This document shows, piece by piece, positions 1-8,423 of a stretch of DNA of 32,000 nucleotides. The translations under genes were made by a program, and so were the position numbers. The DNA is from Candidatus Peribacter riflensis (lineage in GTDB: Bacteria > Patescibacteriota > Gracilibacteria > Peribacterales > Peribacteraceae). The DNA lies in NCBI GenBank assembly GCA_001430755.1, contig CP013062.1, positions 540,001-572,000 of the forward strand, written 5' to 3'. The notes under the pieces are model-generated. The model had not been told where the DNA came from and did not search any database. It saw only the letters and a program-made list of their open reading frames with translations. Position 1 is the stretch's first letter. Each line of letters starts with the position of its first letter.

Positions 1-159
1 CAGCATCGCCAGACTGTCCTGGACAAGATCAAGACGGAGGAGAAAGACGAAGACGCCCGGTTCACCCAGCAGGATGACTTGCAGAAGCTCGTAGACAAGG
101 CGAACGTGCAGATCGAGGAGCTCCGCAAGAAGAAGGAGCAGGAAGTGATGACGGTCTAG
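1..159 (+). CDS. frr: ribosome recycling factor, C-terminal end (5' part outside window)
   Basis: Frame 1 reads QHRQTVLDKIKTEEKDEDARFTQQDDLQKLVDKANVQIEELRKKKEQEVMTV and stops at TAG 157-159. The charged helical tail with QDDxQKLxD matches the conserved Frr C-terminus as I recall it from E. coli. It is absent from the ORF track because there is no in-window start. Confidence 0.75.
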   Translation, partial: QHRQTVLDKIKTEEKDEDARFTQQDDLQKLVDKANVQIEELRKKKEQEVMTV

Positions 160-188
160 GCCTCGCCACCGGGGGAACCACAGGCGAA

Positions 189-458
189 ATGCCTCTGGCG
201 CACGGCAGGTGTGCTAGAATGATCGTTCGCATGGGTATCCTCACTCCCCTGCTCAGCTGGTGCCTCTTGATCCTCGTCATCGAGATCGCGTTCTGGGGAC
301 TCTTCAGGCGAAAAATCATGCAGATCTGCCTGCCGATCCACGGGGACGCCATCTTCTTTCACTTCTTCACCGTGTGGCGCCTGCGGCTCTTCGCCATCGT
401 GCACACCGTCGCACTCATCCTCTGTGTCATCATCGGTCACCTCCTCCTCTGGCCATGA
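189..458 (+). CDS. small hydrophobic membrane protein (start uncertain: 189, 219 or 231)
   Basis: 89-aa ORF with C-rich third codon positions like neighbouring genes and 2-3 hydrophobic stretches (ILTPLLSWCLLILVIEIAFWGLF; LFAIVHTVALILCVIIGHLLLW). Its TGA (456-458) overlaps the ATG (455-457) of the next gene as ATGA, suggesting translational coupling. Confidence 0.4.
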   Translation: MPLAHGRCARMIVRMGILTPLLSWCLLILVIEIAFWGLFRRKIMQICLPIHGDAIFFHFFTVWRLRLFAIVHTVALILCVIIGHLLLWP

Positions 459-1030
459 GCGATCCCGTCGTCTCCGCCGGCTTCAGCTTTCAGGCAAAGG
501 ATCGTTCCGAGGCCTTTCAGTTCTACTTCCACCAGCACTGGGTCCGCCTCGTCTGGCCCTTCCTGCGCCTGATCCTCTGGAACGTGCTCATCGCCGGAAC
601 CGGACTCACCATGGTCTTCGGCGGCACCTTTGACGAGCCGCGCACCCGCCACACCATCCTCATCATTCTCACCACGTTCTTCCTGCTCGCGCACTTCGAA
701 TTCCTGGCACGCTTCTACCACTACCTGCTGTACGTGATCGTGGTGACGGACAAGCGCATCCACCGCATCAAGAAAACACTCCTCACGATGGATGATCAGG
801 AATCGACGGATCTGTGGGTGCTGCAGGACATCCACAAGCGTCAGCACGGCATCATTCAAAATATCCTCGGCTACGGCAGTCTCATTCTGCAGGCGCAGGA
901 TACGGAAGTGCGCATCCACTTCACTCCGGCAATCAACAAGCGCTATGCGGCCCTCACGCGTCTGCGGGAGCAGGCACGTGTCTTCGTGAGCCGCTTAGAA
1001 GAGTCTTTTCGCAAATCGCGGACCCCCTAA
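455..1030 (+). CDS. membrane protein with C-terminal bacterial PH-like (YdbS/YdbT-type) domain
   Basis: Internal ATG of track ORF 260..1030, chosen because of the ATGA junction with the upstream ORF. It has two hydrophobic helices (LILWNVLIAGTGLTMVFGG; ILIILTTFFLLAHFEFLA). These are followed by YVIVVTDKRIHRIKKTLL...GYGSLILQ, a pattern typical of bPH_2 domains. Family call is from memory. Confidence 0.55.
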   Translation: MSDPVVSAGFSFQAKDRSEAFQFYFHQHWVRLVWPFLRLILWNVLIAGTGLTMVFGGTFDEPRTRHTILIILTTFFLLAHFEFLARFYHYLLYVIVVTDKRIHRIKKTLLTMDDQESTDLWVLQDIHKRQHGIIQNILGYGSLILQAQDTEVRIHFTPAINKRYAALTRLREQARVFVSRLEESFRKSRTP

Positions 1031-1070
1031 AGATACTCAAGAACACAACCGCCTGCGCTCGTCAGTGCAC

Positions 1071-1091
1071 GTTCCTTCACAGAGAAGGAAC
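1071..1091 (+). other. perfect 8-bp stem-loop in the intergenic spacer (gttccttc-acaga-gaaggaac), no T-tract
   Basis: Read directly from the sequence. It lies between the stop at 1030 and the start at 1115. With no U-run it is not a canonical intrinsic terminator. Confidence 0.3.
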
Positions 1092-1114
1092 TGCAGTGGT
1101 ACAAATCCGCTCCT

Positions 1115-1663
1115 TTGCGAAGGACACTCATCCTCATCGGCGTGCTGTCTCTGTGTGTGGTCAGCCCCGTGCTCGCGGCGACAAAAGACTGTGCGAGCGT
1201 GCAGCAGAAGAGCGGCGGTGCCACGGCGGTCGCGACCGCCGGTGGCGGTGCCGCGTACCAGAAATGCCTCTTCGACGAGCAGGAAGCAACCATCAAACAG
1301 CAGCTCGCTTCGTACAAGAATCTGATCGACCGGAGCAAGGAATCGGTGAAGACCGCATACGATGCGAAGATCAATGAAGAGAATTTCACATGGAAAGACG
1401 TGGACCTGCACATGCAGTCGGAGGAAGCCGAGCGAAAACTCCGCGTGGCCCAATTGGGCAAAGACAAAGAGCATGCGGAACAGGTTCAGATCGAGAAGAA
1501 TCTCCTCTCCCGCCTGCAGAAGATCCGCTCCCTCACCTCTTCGGTGCACAGCAAGAAAGTGGGCCGCCTCCAGAAGCGCAGGGAAGCCGAATTATCGGAT
1601 TACGACAGTTCCCTGGCGGAATACGAGCTGAAATTGAGACAGCAGAAAATGGCAGCATTCTAG
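1115..1663 (+). CDS. secreted coiled-coil protein, unknown function
   Basis: N-terminal signal peptide MRRTLILIGVLSLCVVSPVLA|ATK. The remainder is rich in K/E/Q/L heptad-like sequence. Confidence 0.6.
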   Translation: MRRTLILIGVLSLCVVSPVLAATKDCASVQQKSGGATAVATAGGGAAYQKCLFDEQEATIKQQLASYKNLIDRSKESVKTAYDAKINEENFTWKDVDLHMQSEEAERKLRVAQLGKDKEHAEQVQIEKNLLSRLQKIRSLTSSVHSKKVGRLQKRREAELSDYDSSLAEYELKLRQQKMAAF

Positions 1664-1766
1664 AGAGGAATGATTAGGACACACCATTTTTCTAAGTCCA
1701 CCAGTCCATCTTGACGCAGATTCTCTCTACGAGGATCCTAACCCTCCTTCCTTCATCTCAAACCCT

Positions 1767-2159
1767 ATGAAGAAGCTCCTCCTTATCTCGGCAACGCTCC
1801 TCCCGCTCCTGTTCCTGGCTTCGAAAGCCCATGCACAGGACTACTCCTACGATTGTCTGTGTTTATTCTCAGACCCAAACGGGACCTGCCGCGAATATAC
1901 GTGCGACGCCTACGAGCGCCGCTCGTACTACAACAACGACTATGACCGCAATGATTATCGTCCCTGCGGAAGTTCCCGCTACTGTGCGTCCTCCACCACC
2001 TACCGGCCGCGCTACTGGAACACTTCCACTTCAAGCCAGTACTACTACAACAACGACAGTCGCTACGACTACGACTGGTACTACCGCCGGTACTCGAGCC
2101 GCACGAGCTACTACAACAATCAGCCCTACTACAACAATAATCCGTATTACTATTACTGA
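1767..2159 (+). CDS. secreted Tyr/Asn/Arg-rich low-complexity protein
   Basis: Clear signal peptide MKKLLLISATLLPLLFLASKAHA|QD. The mature part has a Cys-containing head (CLCLF..C..YTC..C..C) followed by YYNN/YDY/RRY repeats, ending NPYYYY. The overlapping Thr-rich frame (1831..2262) has no signal peptide and is rejected. Confidence 0.6.
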   Translation: MKKLLLISATLLPLLFLASKAHAQDYSYDCLCLFSDPNGTCREYTCDAYERRSYYNNDYDRNDYRPCGSSRYCASSTTYRPRYWNTSTSSQYYYNNDSRYDYDWYYRRYSSRTSYYNNQPYYNNNPYYYY

Positions 2160-2192
2160 AACTGAAGCAGATCTTCAGGAGGAACGAGAATC

Positions 2193-2227
2193 CCCCGCGC
2201 CCTCGACAACGACGGCACGGGGTTTTT
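2193..2227 (+). terminator. intrinsic terminator candidate
   Basis: ccccgcgcc (2193-2201) pairs with ggcacgggg (2214-2222) in 8 of 9 positions around a 12-nt loop. It is followed by ttttt (2223-2227), 34 nt after the stop of the Tyr-rich gene. Confidence 0.5.
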
Positions 2228-2234
2228 CGAGTAA

Positions 2235-2263
2235 TTGTCTAATTATATATTATATGTTATAAT
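2235..2263 (+). promoter_or_regulatory. sigma70-like promoter candidate for pyk
   Basis: TTGTCT (2235-2240), 17-nt AT-rich spacer, TATAAT (2258-2263), 45 nt upstream of the pyk ATG. Confidence 0.45.
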
Positions 2264-2307
2264 AACTATTCGGAGAATAGGCTACCCGTTGCTACCATTG
2301 CGCGCAC

Positions 2308-3735
2308 ATGACTGATCCCAAACCCATACGGCTCACCAAAATCATCTGCACCCTCGGACCCTCTTCTAAAACCCCGGAGCAGCTGAAGGCGTTGGCCGCA
2401 GCCGGCATGAACGTCGCGCGCATCAACCTCTCGCACGGATCGCGCGAGGAACATGCGAAGGCCATCCGGCTGGTGCAGGATCTCAATACGGAGAGCTGTT
2501 GTGTGGCCAGTCTGCTCGACACGCGCGGCGCGGAAATCCGCACGGGAGTCGTCATCCAGCCCATTCCCATCGCCGTCGGACAGGAAATTGTCTTTTCCAA
2601 TAACCCGCAGCACCGTGACCCAAAAGGCCGGGTGGTGATCGAGGTCAACTACGACGGATTCGCCAATGACGTGCGCGAGACGAATACGATCCTCATCGAC
2701 AACGGCACTATCTCGTGCGCGATCGTCTCGATCGAGCCGGACGGCAGCGTGGTGGCCCGTGCGCAAGACGCCGGCATGGTCGGCTCGCGTCGACACATCA
2801 ACCTGCCGGGAGCCGACATCGACCTCCCCTCCCTCACCAAGAAAGACTGGGATGACATCGCCTTCGGTGCGGAGCAGGGCGTGGATTTCGTGGCGCTCTC
2901 GTTCATCCGCAATGCCGAGGAAATCGCCGAAGTGCGCTCGCTGCTGCGGAAGAAAGGCAGTGACATGCAGATTCTCACAAAGATCGAGACACGGAGCGCC
3001 GTCGAAGAGAACCTGGCCAGCATCATCGCGGCCTCCGACGGCATCATGATCGCGCGCGGAGACCTGGGCACCGACATCCCCATCGAGGAGCTCCCCGCGT
3101 ACCAGGATGAGATCGTCATCCGCTGCCGCGATGCCGGTAAGCCCGTGATTGTCGCCACACACATGCTCGAGAGCATGAGCGCGTTCCCCATCCCCACCCG
3201 CGCCGAAGTCACCGATGTCGCCCATGCAGCCACGAGTCGTGCCGATGCAACCATGCTCTCGGGCGAGACCGCAACAGGCAAGCACCCCGTGAAGTGCGTG
3301 GAGATGATGGATCGCATCCTCCGGGCCACTGAGACACACGAAGCGAGGCTGCAGGAGCGGCCGGAGGTCGCCGTGCACAACGAGCGCGAAGCCCGCGCCG
3401 ACGCCGCCGTCACGCTCGCCTATTCCACCCGGGCAGATGCCATCGTGGCCTTCACGCGGTCGGGCCAGACCCCGCGCGACATCGCGAAGTTCCGTCCCAT
3501 GATTCCGGTGATTGCCATCACGCCCGAAGCCACCGTACAGAGAAAACTATCCCTCATCTACGGCGTGTGTGCCCTGCAGGTGCCGTTCGCCGCTCCCGAA
3601 ACGACCATCGCCTCGGGCATTGAAGCGGCAAAACGCCGTGGCATAGTGAAACGGGGCATGCGCGTGGTGCTCCTCGCCGATGCGCCCACGCACGATCAAA
3701 ACGTCAGCACCGTGCAGATGCGGGACATCACGTGA
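2308..3735 (+). CDS. pyk: pyruvate kinase
   Basis: 475 aa. TKIICTLGPSS, GMNVARINLSHG, MIARGDLG and the ATHMLESM..PTRAEVTDVA motif are all canonical pyruvate kinase signatures. Confidence 0.95.
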   Translation: MTDPKPIRLTKIICTLGPSSKTPEQLKALAAAGMNVARINLSHGSREEHAKAIRLVQDLNTESCCVASLLDTRGAEIRTGVVIQPIPIAVGQEIVFSNNPQHRDPKGRVVIEVNYDGFANDVRETNTILIDNGTISCAIVSIEPDGSVVARAQDAGMVGSRRHINLPGADIDLPSLTKKDWDDIAFGAEQGVDFVALSFIRNAEEIAEVRSLLRKKGSDMQILTKIETRSAVEENLASIIAASDGIMIARGDLGTDIPIEELPAYQDEIVIRCRDAGKPVIVATHMLESMSAFPIPTRAEVTDVAHAATSRADATMLSGETATGKHPVKCVEMMDRILRATETHEARLQERPEVAVHNEREARADAAVTLAYSTRADAIVAFTRSGQTPRDIAKFRPMIPVIAITPEATVQRKLSLIYGVCALQVPFAAPETTIASGIEAAKRRGIVKRGMRVVLLADAPTHDQNVSTVQMRDIT

Positions 3736-3761
3736 GAACAGTGAGGTCAGCACCCTTCGGC

Positions 3762-5753
3762 CTAGCGCTTGTCCCACTTGTGCCACGGCATCTCCAGTTC
3801 ATCCAGAGGAATGTCATCCAGTGAGACACCGGGGCCCGACACTTTCTTCGAGAGAGAGAAGAGCGAGAAGAGACGCCGGCGGAAGACGATCGACAGAACA
3901 AAACTGATCACCAGCACCGCAACGCCTGTCGATGTCAGGGCCGTGGAATACTGCTCGACGAATGTCACGCGGGAACACTCCGGCGTGCAGGCATTGCCGC
4001 CGTCGCACTCCTCTGCAGCATCGACGATGTGGTCCCCGCAGACCGGCTTGCGGCAGGAGAGTCGGCACGTATTCGGAAGCGTATCGGAATTGGAGATGCC
4101 GTCATCGCACTCCTCTCCGGTCTGCAATACGCCATCGCCGCACTTCTCCAGGCGACATCCGCTGCTGCAGCCATCCCCTCCCTCTGCGTTGCCGTCGTCA
4201 CACTGCTCACCCGCCTCCACCACGTTGTTCCCACAGGTGGGAAGACGGCAGGTATTGGGGCAGCCGTCATCATTGAATTGATTGCCGTCATCGCACTGCT
4301 CGCGTCCCTCCAGCACACCATCGCCGCAAATCGGCAACTTGCAGCTCAGAGGGCACTCGTCGAAGGCATTCCGGTTGCCGTCGTCACACTCCTCACCCGG
4401 CTGGATCGCCCCGTCGCCGCAACGGGCCTTCTTGCAGGAATTGTTGCACAGGTCATCATTCAGGCGGTTGCCGTCATCGCACTCCTCATTCTCCTGGATG
4501 ATGGCATCGCCGCAGCGGGCCCGCTGGCAGCCATTGGTGCAAGAATCGTCGTTCGCCAGATTGCCGTCATCGCACTCTTCACCACGCTGCACAACACCGT
4601 CGCCGCACAGAGGGAGCACGCAACTGTTGGAGCAGGTATCGGTATCGGTGCGGTTGCCGTCGTCGCACTCCTCCGATCCTTCGCGAATGCTGTTGCCGCA
4701 CACGGGCAGTCGGCAGTTATTGGGGCACGGATCCCAGTTATTGAAATTGCCGTCGTCGCACTGTTCGCGTCCCTCGGCCACTCCGTCACCGCAGACCGTG
4801 AGCATGCAGTCATTCGGACAATCATCCAGATTGCTGCGGTTTCCGTCATCGCACTCCTCAACGATTTGCTGCATCCCATCTCCGCAACGGGACGTCTTGC
4901 AGGAGTTGTTACAGGCATCTTCGTTCACACGGTTGCCGTCGTCGCACTCCTCGTTCTGCTGGACAATGTTGTCACCGCAACGCGGTCGCGTGCATTCATT
5001 CGTACAACCGTCCTCCTGTACCTGATTGCCGTCATCGCACTCCTCACCATTCGACACCTCTCCATCACCGCAGCGTACCTGCGGCTGCTCGGGGAGGGAG
5101 GAGACGGAAGAAGACGAAGACGCGGCAGCGTGAAATTCCTCAGAGGAGCTCGCAGGGGCCGGAATACTCTCGGCAGACGCACTGGATGAAGTGTCTGAGG
5201 CAGCTGTCGATTGTTCAGACGATGCCTCTGAAGAAAGCAGAGAGCTGCTCCGCGATGAAGGGCAGGCCGGGAGGAATTTCCACTGACAGCCCCCTTCGCA
5301 GTAGCCGTCGCTGTCGCATGCCGGGGCACCGCACACTCTCCCGCACGTTCCCTCCGCATACTGGATCTTGGTCGTGAGAAGATTCGTCGTGGGATCCAAG
5401 ACATACACCTCCTGCACAGGCGGTTCGCACTCTTCGCCCAGGTAAGGCGTCACCGCCCCATCCCCGCAGAAGAGCGCCGTGCACGTGAGGGAGCACATGC
5501 TCAACCCGTTGAACCGGCCCAAATCGCACTGTTCGCCCTCGCTCTCCTGCAGGAAACTGTCTCCGCAATGAGGGGGAACGCTCTGGGAAGACGAAGAGCT
5601 GGTGCGCGTCGGACAGCCGGGCGTTCCGTAGGGCTGACCGATGCAGTCCAGCACAGGATTCTGTGCGCGCGTGGTCGTGTGCAATGACGTCGCGAGCGTG
5701 ACGAGTCCGACGCTGCAGAGTACGACCGCCAGAAGATGGTGTTTTCTGTGCAT
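3762..5753 (-). CDS. type-I membrane protein with tandem cysteine-rich CGDG...EECDDGN repeats (Myxococcus-type cysteine-rich repeat / DUF4215-like)
   Basis: 663 aa. The N-terminal signal sequence [23 protein letters not shown] is followed by 2 degenerate repeats, a Ser-rich linker and 12 well-formed ~30-aa repeats (CGDGxxxxxEECDDGNxxxxDxCxxxCxxxx). It ends with a TM helix ([14 protein letters not shown]) and a 39-aa charged tail. Confidence 0.85.
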   Translation of the reverse strand: MHRKHHLLAVVLCSVGLVTLATSLHTTTRAQNPVLDCIGQPYGTPGCPTRTSSSSSQSVPPHCGDSFLQESEGEQCDLGRFNGLSMCSLTCTALFCGDGAVTPYLGEECEPPVQEVYVLDPTTNLLTTKIQYAEGTCGRVCGAPACDSDGYCEGGCQWKFLPACPSSRSSSLLSSEASSEQSTAASDTSSSASAESIPAPASSSEEFHAAASSSSSVSSLPEQPQVRCGDGEVSNGEECDDGNQVQEDGCTNECTRPRCGDNIVQQNEECDDGNRVNEDACNNSCKTSRCGDGMQQIVEECDDGNRSNLDDCPNDCMLTVCGDGVAEGREQCDDGNFNNWDPCPNNCRLPVCGNSIREGSEECDDGNRTDTDTCSNSCVLPLCGDGVVQRGEECDDGNLANDDSCTNGCQRARCGDAIIQENEECDDGNRLNDDLCNNSCKKARCGDGAIQPGEECDDGNRNAFDECPLSCKLPICGDGVLEGREQCDDGNQFNDDGCPNTCRLPTCGNNVVEAGEQCDDGNAEGGDGCSSGCRLEKCGDGVLQTGEECDDGISNSDTLPNTCRLSCRKPVCGDHIVDAAEECDGGNACTPECSRVTFVEQYSTALTSTGVAVLVISFVLSIVFRRRLFSLFSLSKKVSGPGVSLDDIPLDELEMPWHKWDKR
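3984..5105 (-). repeat. in-frame array of about 12 tandem ~90-nt coding repeats inside the Cys-rich gene
   Basis: CGD/CGN ... (E/Q)CDDGN recurs with a ~30-aa period. Boundaries were estimated from residue positions ~217-590. Confidence 0.75.
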
Positions 5754-5820
5754 GTTTCTAACTATTCTATCACTTTTTGATCACCGTGGCACTCCTCCAA
5801 TAGTTGCAATATCTATTGTT

Positions 5821-6249
5821 CTATTTTGTAATATCTATCCCATTCGGATCCTGCACAGAAGCCACCGTCGTATCCTCCTCGATGTAGAGCGGTCGTTTGA
5901 CCGCCACCATCGCCTGAACCACGGGATCCGAAGAGAGCCGGTGGAGCGCCTGTGATTCGGCCACCTGCATATTGAGGATCTCCTCTTCGAGCAACAGCTG
6001 GGAGCGCTCCCGCTCGAGGTTACGCAGCTGATAGCCCTTCGTCGCGGTCGCATTCTGGTGAAAGAGAATGAGGAGCGCAAGCAGGAGGATGAGCGAACCG
6101 ATGCTCACCATGAGCAGAATCGTGCTCTGATTCACCATGCGTCCGAGACTGGCACGGGAGGTTTGGGCCGAGAGAGCGGTAAGTGCATCAGACACGCGTA
6201 AGGGGGAGTATAACAGAGAGACAAAGGAATCACGCTGGCGTTGCAGCAC
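5821..6249 (-). CDS. ftsL: FtsL-like cell-division protein (alternative start at 6138)
   Basis: Lies immediately downstream of rsmH, as in dcw clusters. It has a single TM (ILLMVSIGSLILLLALLILF) followed by a coiled coil (LRNLERERSQLLLEEEILNMQV). The long form overlaps rsmH by 20 nt; an ATG at 6138 gives a 105-aa form. Confidence 0.55.
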   Translation of the reverse strand: MLQRQRDSFVSLLYSPLRVSDALTALSAQTSRASLGRMVNQSTILLMVSIGSLILLLALLILFHQNATATKGYQLRNLERERSQLLLEEEILNMQVAESQALHRLSSDPVVQAMVAVKRPLYIEEDTTVASVQDPNGIDITK

Positions 6250-7141
6250 TTCGCATGATCACGCGCAACTTCGCGCTGCGCGAACGCGGATTCCGGCTCT
6301 GTTCGGCATCGGAGGGAACAATGGCTTTACGGGTGAGCAGAGCGAAAAGAGCGGGATGCAGATCCTGGCCGGTGTCGGGGTGGACCGGGGCAGTGGTCAG
6401 TGTGCGAAAGACCTGCTTCACCCGGCGGTCCTCGAGAGAATGGTAGCTGATCACCCCCATCCGCCCCCCGGGTTTGAGGAGTGAAGGACCAGCAGCCAAG
6501 AGTGAGTCGAGTGCTCCAAGCTCATCGTTGACGGCAATGCGCAGCGCCTGAAACACCTGCGCCATCACGGTCTTTGCGCGCCAGCCGAATGCGGCTTCCA
6601 CCGCGTGCACCACATCGAAGGTGGTGTGCATGATGTGCTCTTTGAGCCTCTCAGCAAGACGACGCGCCCCGCGAACTTCTCCAAATTCCTGCAGGGCATG
6701 CGTGAGATCTTCCTCGGAAATCTGCTGCAGCCATGCGGCAGCGGATACACCCCGGGTGCGATCGAAACGCAGATCCAACGGCACATCCTCACGAAAGGTA
6801 AACCCGCGCTTCGCATCGTCCACGTGCGGCGAACTCAGACCCAGATCTGCGAAGAGCACATCCACCTGCGGGAGTGACAGTTGCTGCAGATCTCTGAAGT
6901 TGGCATGCCGCAGATCCAGATGGCCGGGCAGGGATTTCAGGCGTTCCTCTGCTGAAGCCAGATTTTGGGCATCCGCATCAAGGCCGATGAGCGTGCCGCC
7001 CGACGCCACCTTCTGCAGAAAAGCCTCCGCGTGCCCGCCCAGCCCCAGCGTGACATCGCAGACCGTCTCGCCTTCTTGGGGGTCGAGGAGCGTGAGGGCT
7101 TCTTGGAGCAGAACCGGTGTGTGCACGGGTGAGGGAACCAC
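6230..7141 (-). CDS. rsmH: 16S rRNA (cytosine1402-N4)-methyltransferase
   Basis: 303 aa. HTPVLLQE, DVTLGLGGH, DLGLSSPHVD and ISYHSLEDRRVK are the RsmH/MraW signature motifs. Confidence 0.95.
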   Translation of the reverse strand: MVPSPVHTPVLLQEALTLLDPQEGETVCDVTLGLGGHAEAFLQKVASGGTLIGLDADAQNLASAEERLKSLPGHLDLRHANFRDLQQLSLPQVDVLFADLGLSSPHVDDAKRGFTFREDVPLDLRFDRTRGVSAAAWLQQISEEDLTHALQEFGEVRGARRLAERLKEHIMHTTFDVVHAVEAAFGWRAKTVMAQVFQALRIAVNDELGALDSLLAAGPSLLKPGGRMGVISYHSLEDRRVKQVFRTLTTAPVHPDTGQDLHPALFALLTRKAIVPSDAEQSRNPRSRSAKLRVIMRSAATPA

Positions 7142-7294
7142 AGGCGAAGTGTAGTCGGCACCCCCCGTGATTCAACGGATTCACCTTGCGTCTTCGCGTC
7201 GGCGTTTCGCTGTATACAAAATTTGTACGAAATTACCATTTTTTTGAGATGGCTGAAGCACTGAAATGGCTATTAAACGCGGTATAGTGGTGCA

Positions 7295-7322
7295 TTGACA
7301 TAACTTTATAAACACCTATAAT
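7295..7322 (+). promoter_or_regulatory. near-consensus sigma70-like promoter
   Basis: TTGACA (7295-7300), 16-nt spacer, TATAAT (7317-7322). It sits in the AT-rich divergent region between rsmH and the L,D-transpeptidase gene. Confidence 0.5.
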
Positions 7323-7330
7323 ACTTCGCT

Positions 7331-7879
7331 TTGATCCCGCTCATCCCCCTCGCGTTGGGCGTCTCTCTCGCTATGAGCCCAACCCCTTCGGCCCCCGTCC
7401 CCTTCCCCGTTTCCCAGACGGAGTGGAGAGTGCAAATCGGCGACCGCATCGTCGTCGACACGCAGGAGAATCAGGGCTTTCTCATCCACCGCGACGGGCG
7501 GTACCTGCAGTTTCCGGTGGCCACGGGACAGCGCCGTTTCGTCTGCTATATCGGCCGCTGCTACAACGCCAGGACCCCCGAGCGCACATGGCAGGTCCAG
7601 GCGAAAGACATCAAGGGCGATCACATCACCTTCGGACCGAGCGGCCGGTTCCTGCGCCTGTTCTGGAAAGACGAGAGTACGCCGTACGGCTTTCACGAGT
7701 ATGGGTACGAAGAGAGGATGTTCGATGACCAGCCGCGCTTCAAGAGCATGGGCTGCATCATCGTGAAGAAGGACGTGATGGATCTTCTCGACCGGACGTA
7801 CGCCGTGAACGAAGGCAAGGTGGATGTGGTGACGAAATTCGGAGTAGAGGAACCGATCAGACTCGCGTTTGCTCAGTAA
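7331..7879 (+). CDS. L,D-transpeptidase (YkuD) family protein; start uncertain (TTG 7331 or ATG 7373)
   Basis: FHEYGYEERMFDDQPRFKSMGCIIVKKDVMDLL fits the YkuD catalytic pattern H-x(n)-S-x-G-C-(I/V)-x. The N-terminus MIPLIPLALGVSLA is hydrophobic. Confidence 0.6.
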   Translation: MIPLIPLALGVSLAMSPTPSAPVPFPVSQTEWRVQIGDRIVVDTQENQGFLIHRDGRYLQFPVATGQRRFVCYIGRCYNARTPERTWQVQAKDIKGDHITFGPSGRFLRLFWKDESTPYGFHEYGYEERMFDDQPRFKSMGCIIVKKDVMDLLDRTYAVNEGKVDVVTKFGVEEPIRLAFAQ

Positions 7880-7950
7880 GCATAATCGCGCGGGGAAACC
7901 CGTTTTGATCTGGCGTCTCACAGGGGGCTCTCTTATACTTTTGCCGGCGT

Positions 7951-8042
7951 GGAGAGGTGGCTGAGCGGCCGAAAGCACCACACTGCTAATGTGGTATACG
8001 GGTAAAACCGTATCGAGGGTTCGAATCCCTCCCTCTCCGCCA
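7951..8042 (+). tRNA. tRNA-Ser (anticodon GCU), CCA encoded
   Basis: Hand fold. Acceptor GGAGAGG/CCTCTCC and D arm GCT-GAGCGGCCGAA-AGC. Anticodon stem CCACA/TGTGG with loop CT-GCT-AA. Long variable arm ATACGG/CCGTAT and T arm GAGGG-TTCGAAT-CCCTC. Discriminator G followed by CCA. Confidence 0.9.
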
Positions 8043-8062
8043 CGTCGTTCGCGAACGACGTG
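8041..8062 (+). terminator. 22-nt perfect palindrome directly after tRNA-Ser (cacgtcgttcg|cgaacgacgtg)
   Basis: Read directly from the sequence; it starts within the CCA end. It may be a processing or termination hairpin, but has no T-tract. Confidence 0.3.
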
Positions 8063-8078
8063 GCTCCGCCACTCCTCC

Positions 8079-8342
8079 ATGAACATGTGGTACTTCTACG
8101 TTCTCCAGAGCACGAAGAATCCCGATTACTTCTATAAGGGATCAACGGATAATTTGCAGAGAAGATTACGGCAACACAACCAGAGCTTGGTCACATCAAC
8201 GAAGCCCTTTGGACCATTTCGTCTCGTCTACTATGAAGCATATCTTAGCGAACACGGAGCACGCATCCGCGAGGCTTCCGTCAAGAAAAGCGGCTCCGTT
8301 TCCGTTCCTCTCTTACGAAGAATACGAGACAGTCTTTCTTGA
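8079..8342 (+). CDS. small GIY-YIG nuclease-superfamily protein (UPF0213-like)
   Basis: 87 aa from the internal ATG at 8079. The track ORF start at 7989 would overlap the tRNA. WYFYVLQS...YFYKGSTDNLQRRLRQHN...YYEAY matches the GIY / YIG / R..H.N / E layout of stand-alone GIY-YIG proteins. Confidence 0.7.
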   Translation: MNMWYFYVLQSTKNPDYFYKGSTDNLQRRLRQHNQSLVTSTKPFGPFRLVYYEAYLSEHGARIREASVKKSGSVSVPLLRRIRDSLS

Positions 8343-8423
8343 ATCTGGAACGCCCCCCACCCCGCCAGAAAAACTAAGCATTGAAATGATCCAAGTATTC
8401 CGAATACATGATAGGATCAAATT

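Noticed and set aside
2266-3413. Long minus-strand ORFs (370 aa and 254 aa) opposite pyk
   Set aside because: They are antisense shadows of a confidently identified GC-rich gene. Their products are Arg/Ala/Gly-rich low-complexity sequence with no recognisable motifs.
3924-3938. LTSTG followed by a TM helix and basic residues in the Cys-rich protein, as a sortase sorting signal
   Set aside because: The motif is not LPxTG/LAxTG. The basic patch is followed by a further ~36-aa tail, unlike the short C-terminal tails of sortase substrates. A stable TM anchor is more likely.
4029-5189. 386-aa and 247-aa plus-strand ORFs, and several minus-strand off-frame ORFs, across the Cys-rich repeat gene
   Set aside because: They are repeat-driven open frames. 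Only the 3762..5753 minus frame gives a signal peptide, regular Cys spacing and a TM anchor.
7989-8078. N-terminal extension of the GIY-YIG ORF back to 7989
   Set aside because: The extension would be translated from within the tRNA-Ser gene and its trailing palindrome. The GIY-YIG domain starts right after the internal ATG at 8079.
7316-8086. 256-aa minus-strand ORF spanning the L,D-transpeptidase gene and tRNA-Ser
   Set aside because: It overlaps a clean tRNA and is antisense to a gene with catalytic motifs, so it is most likely spurious.
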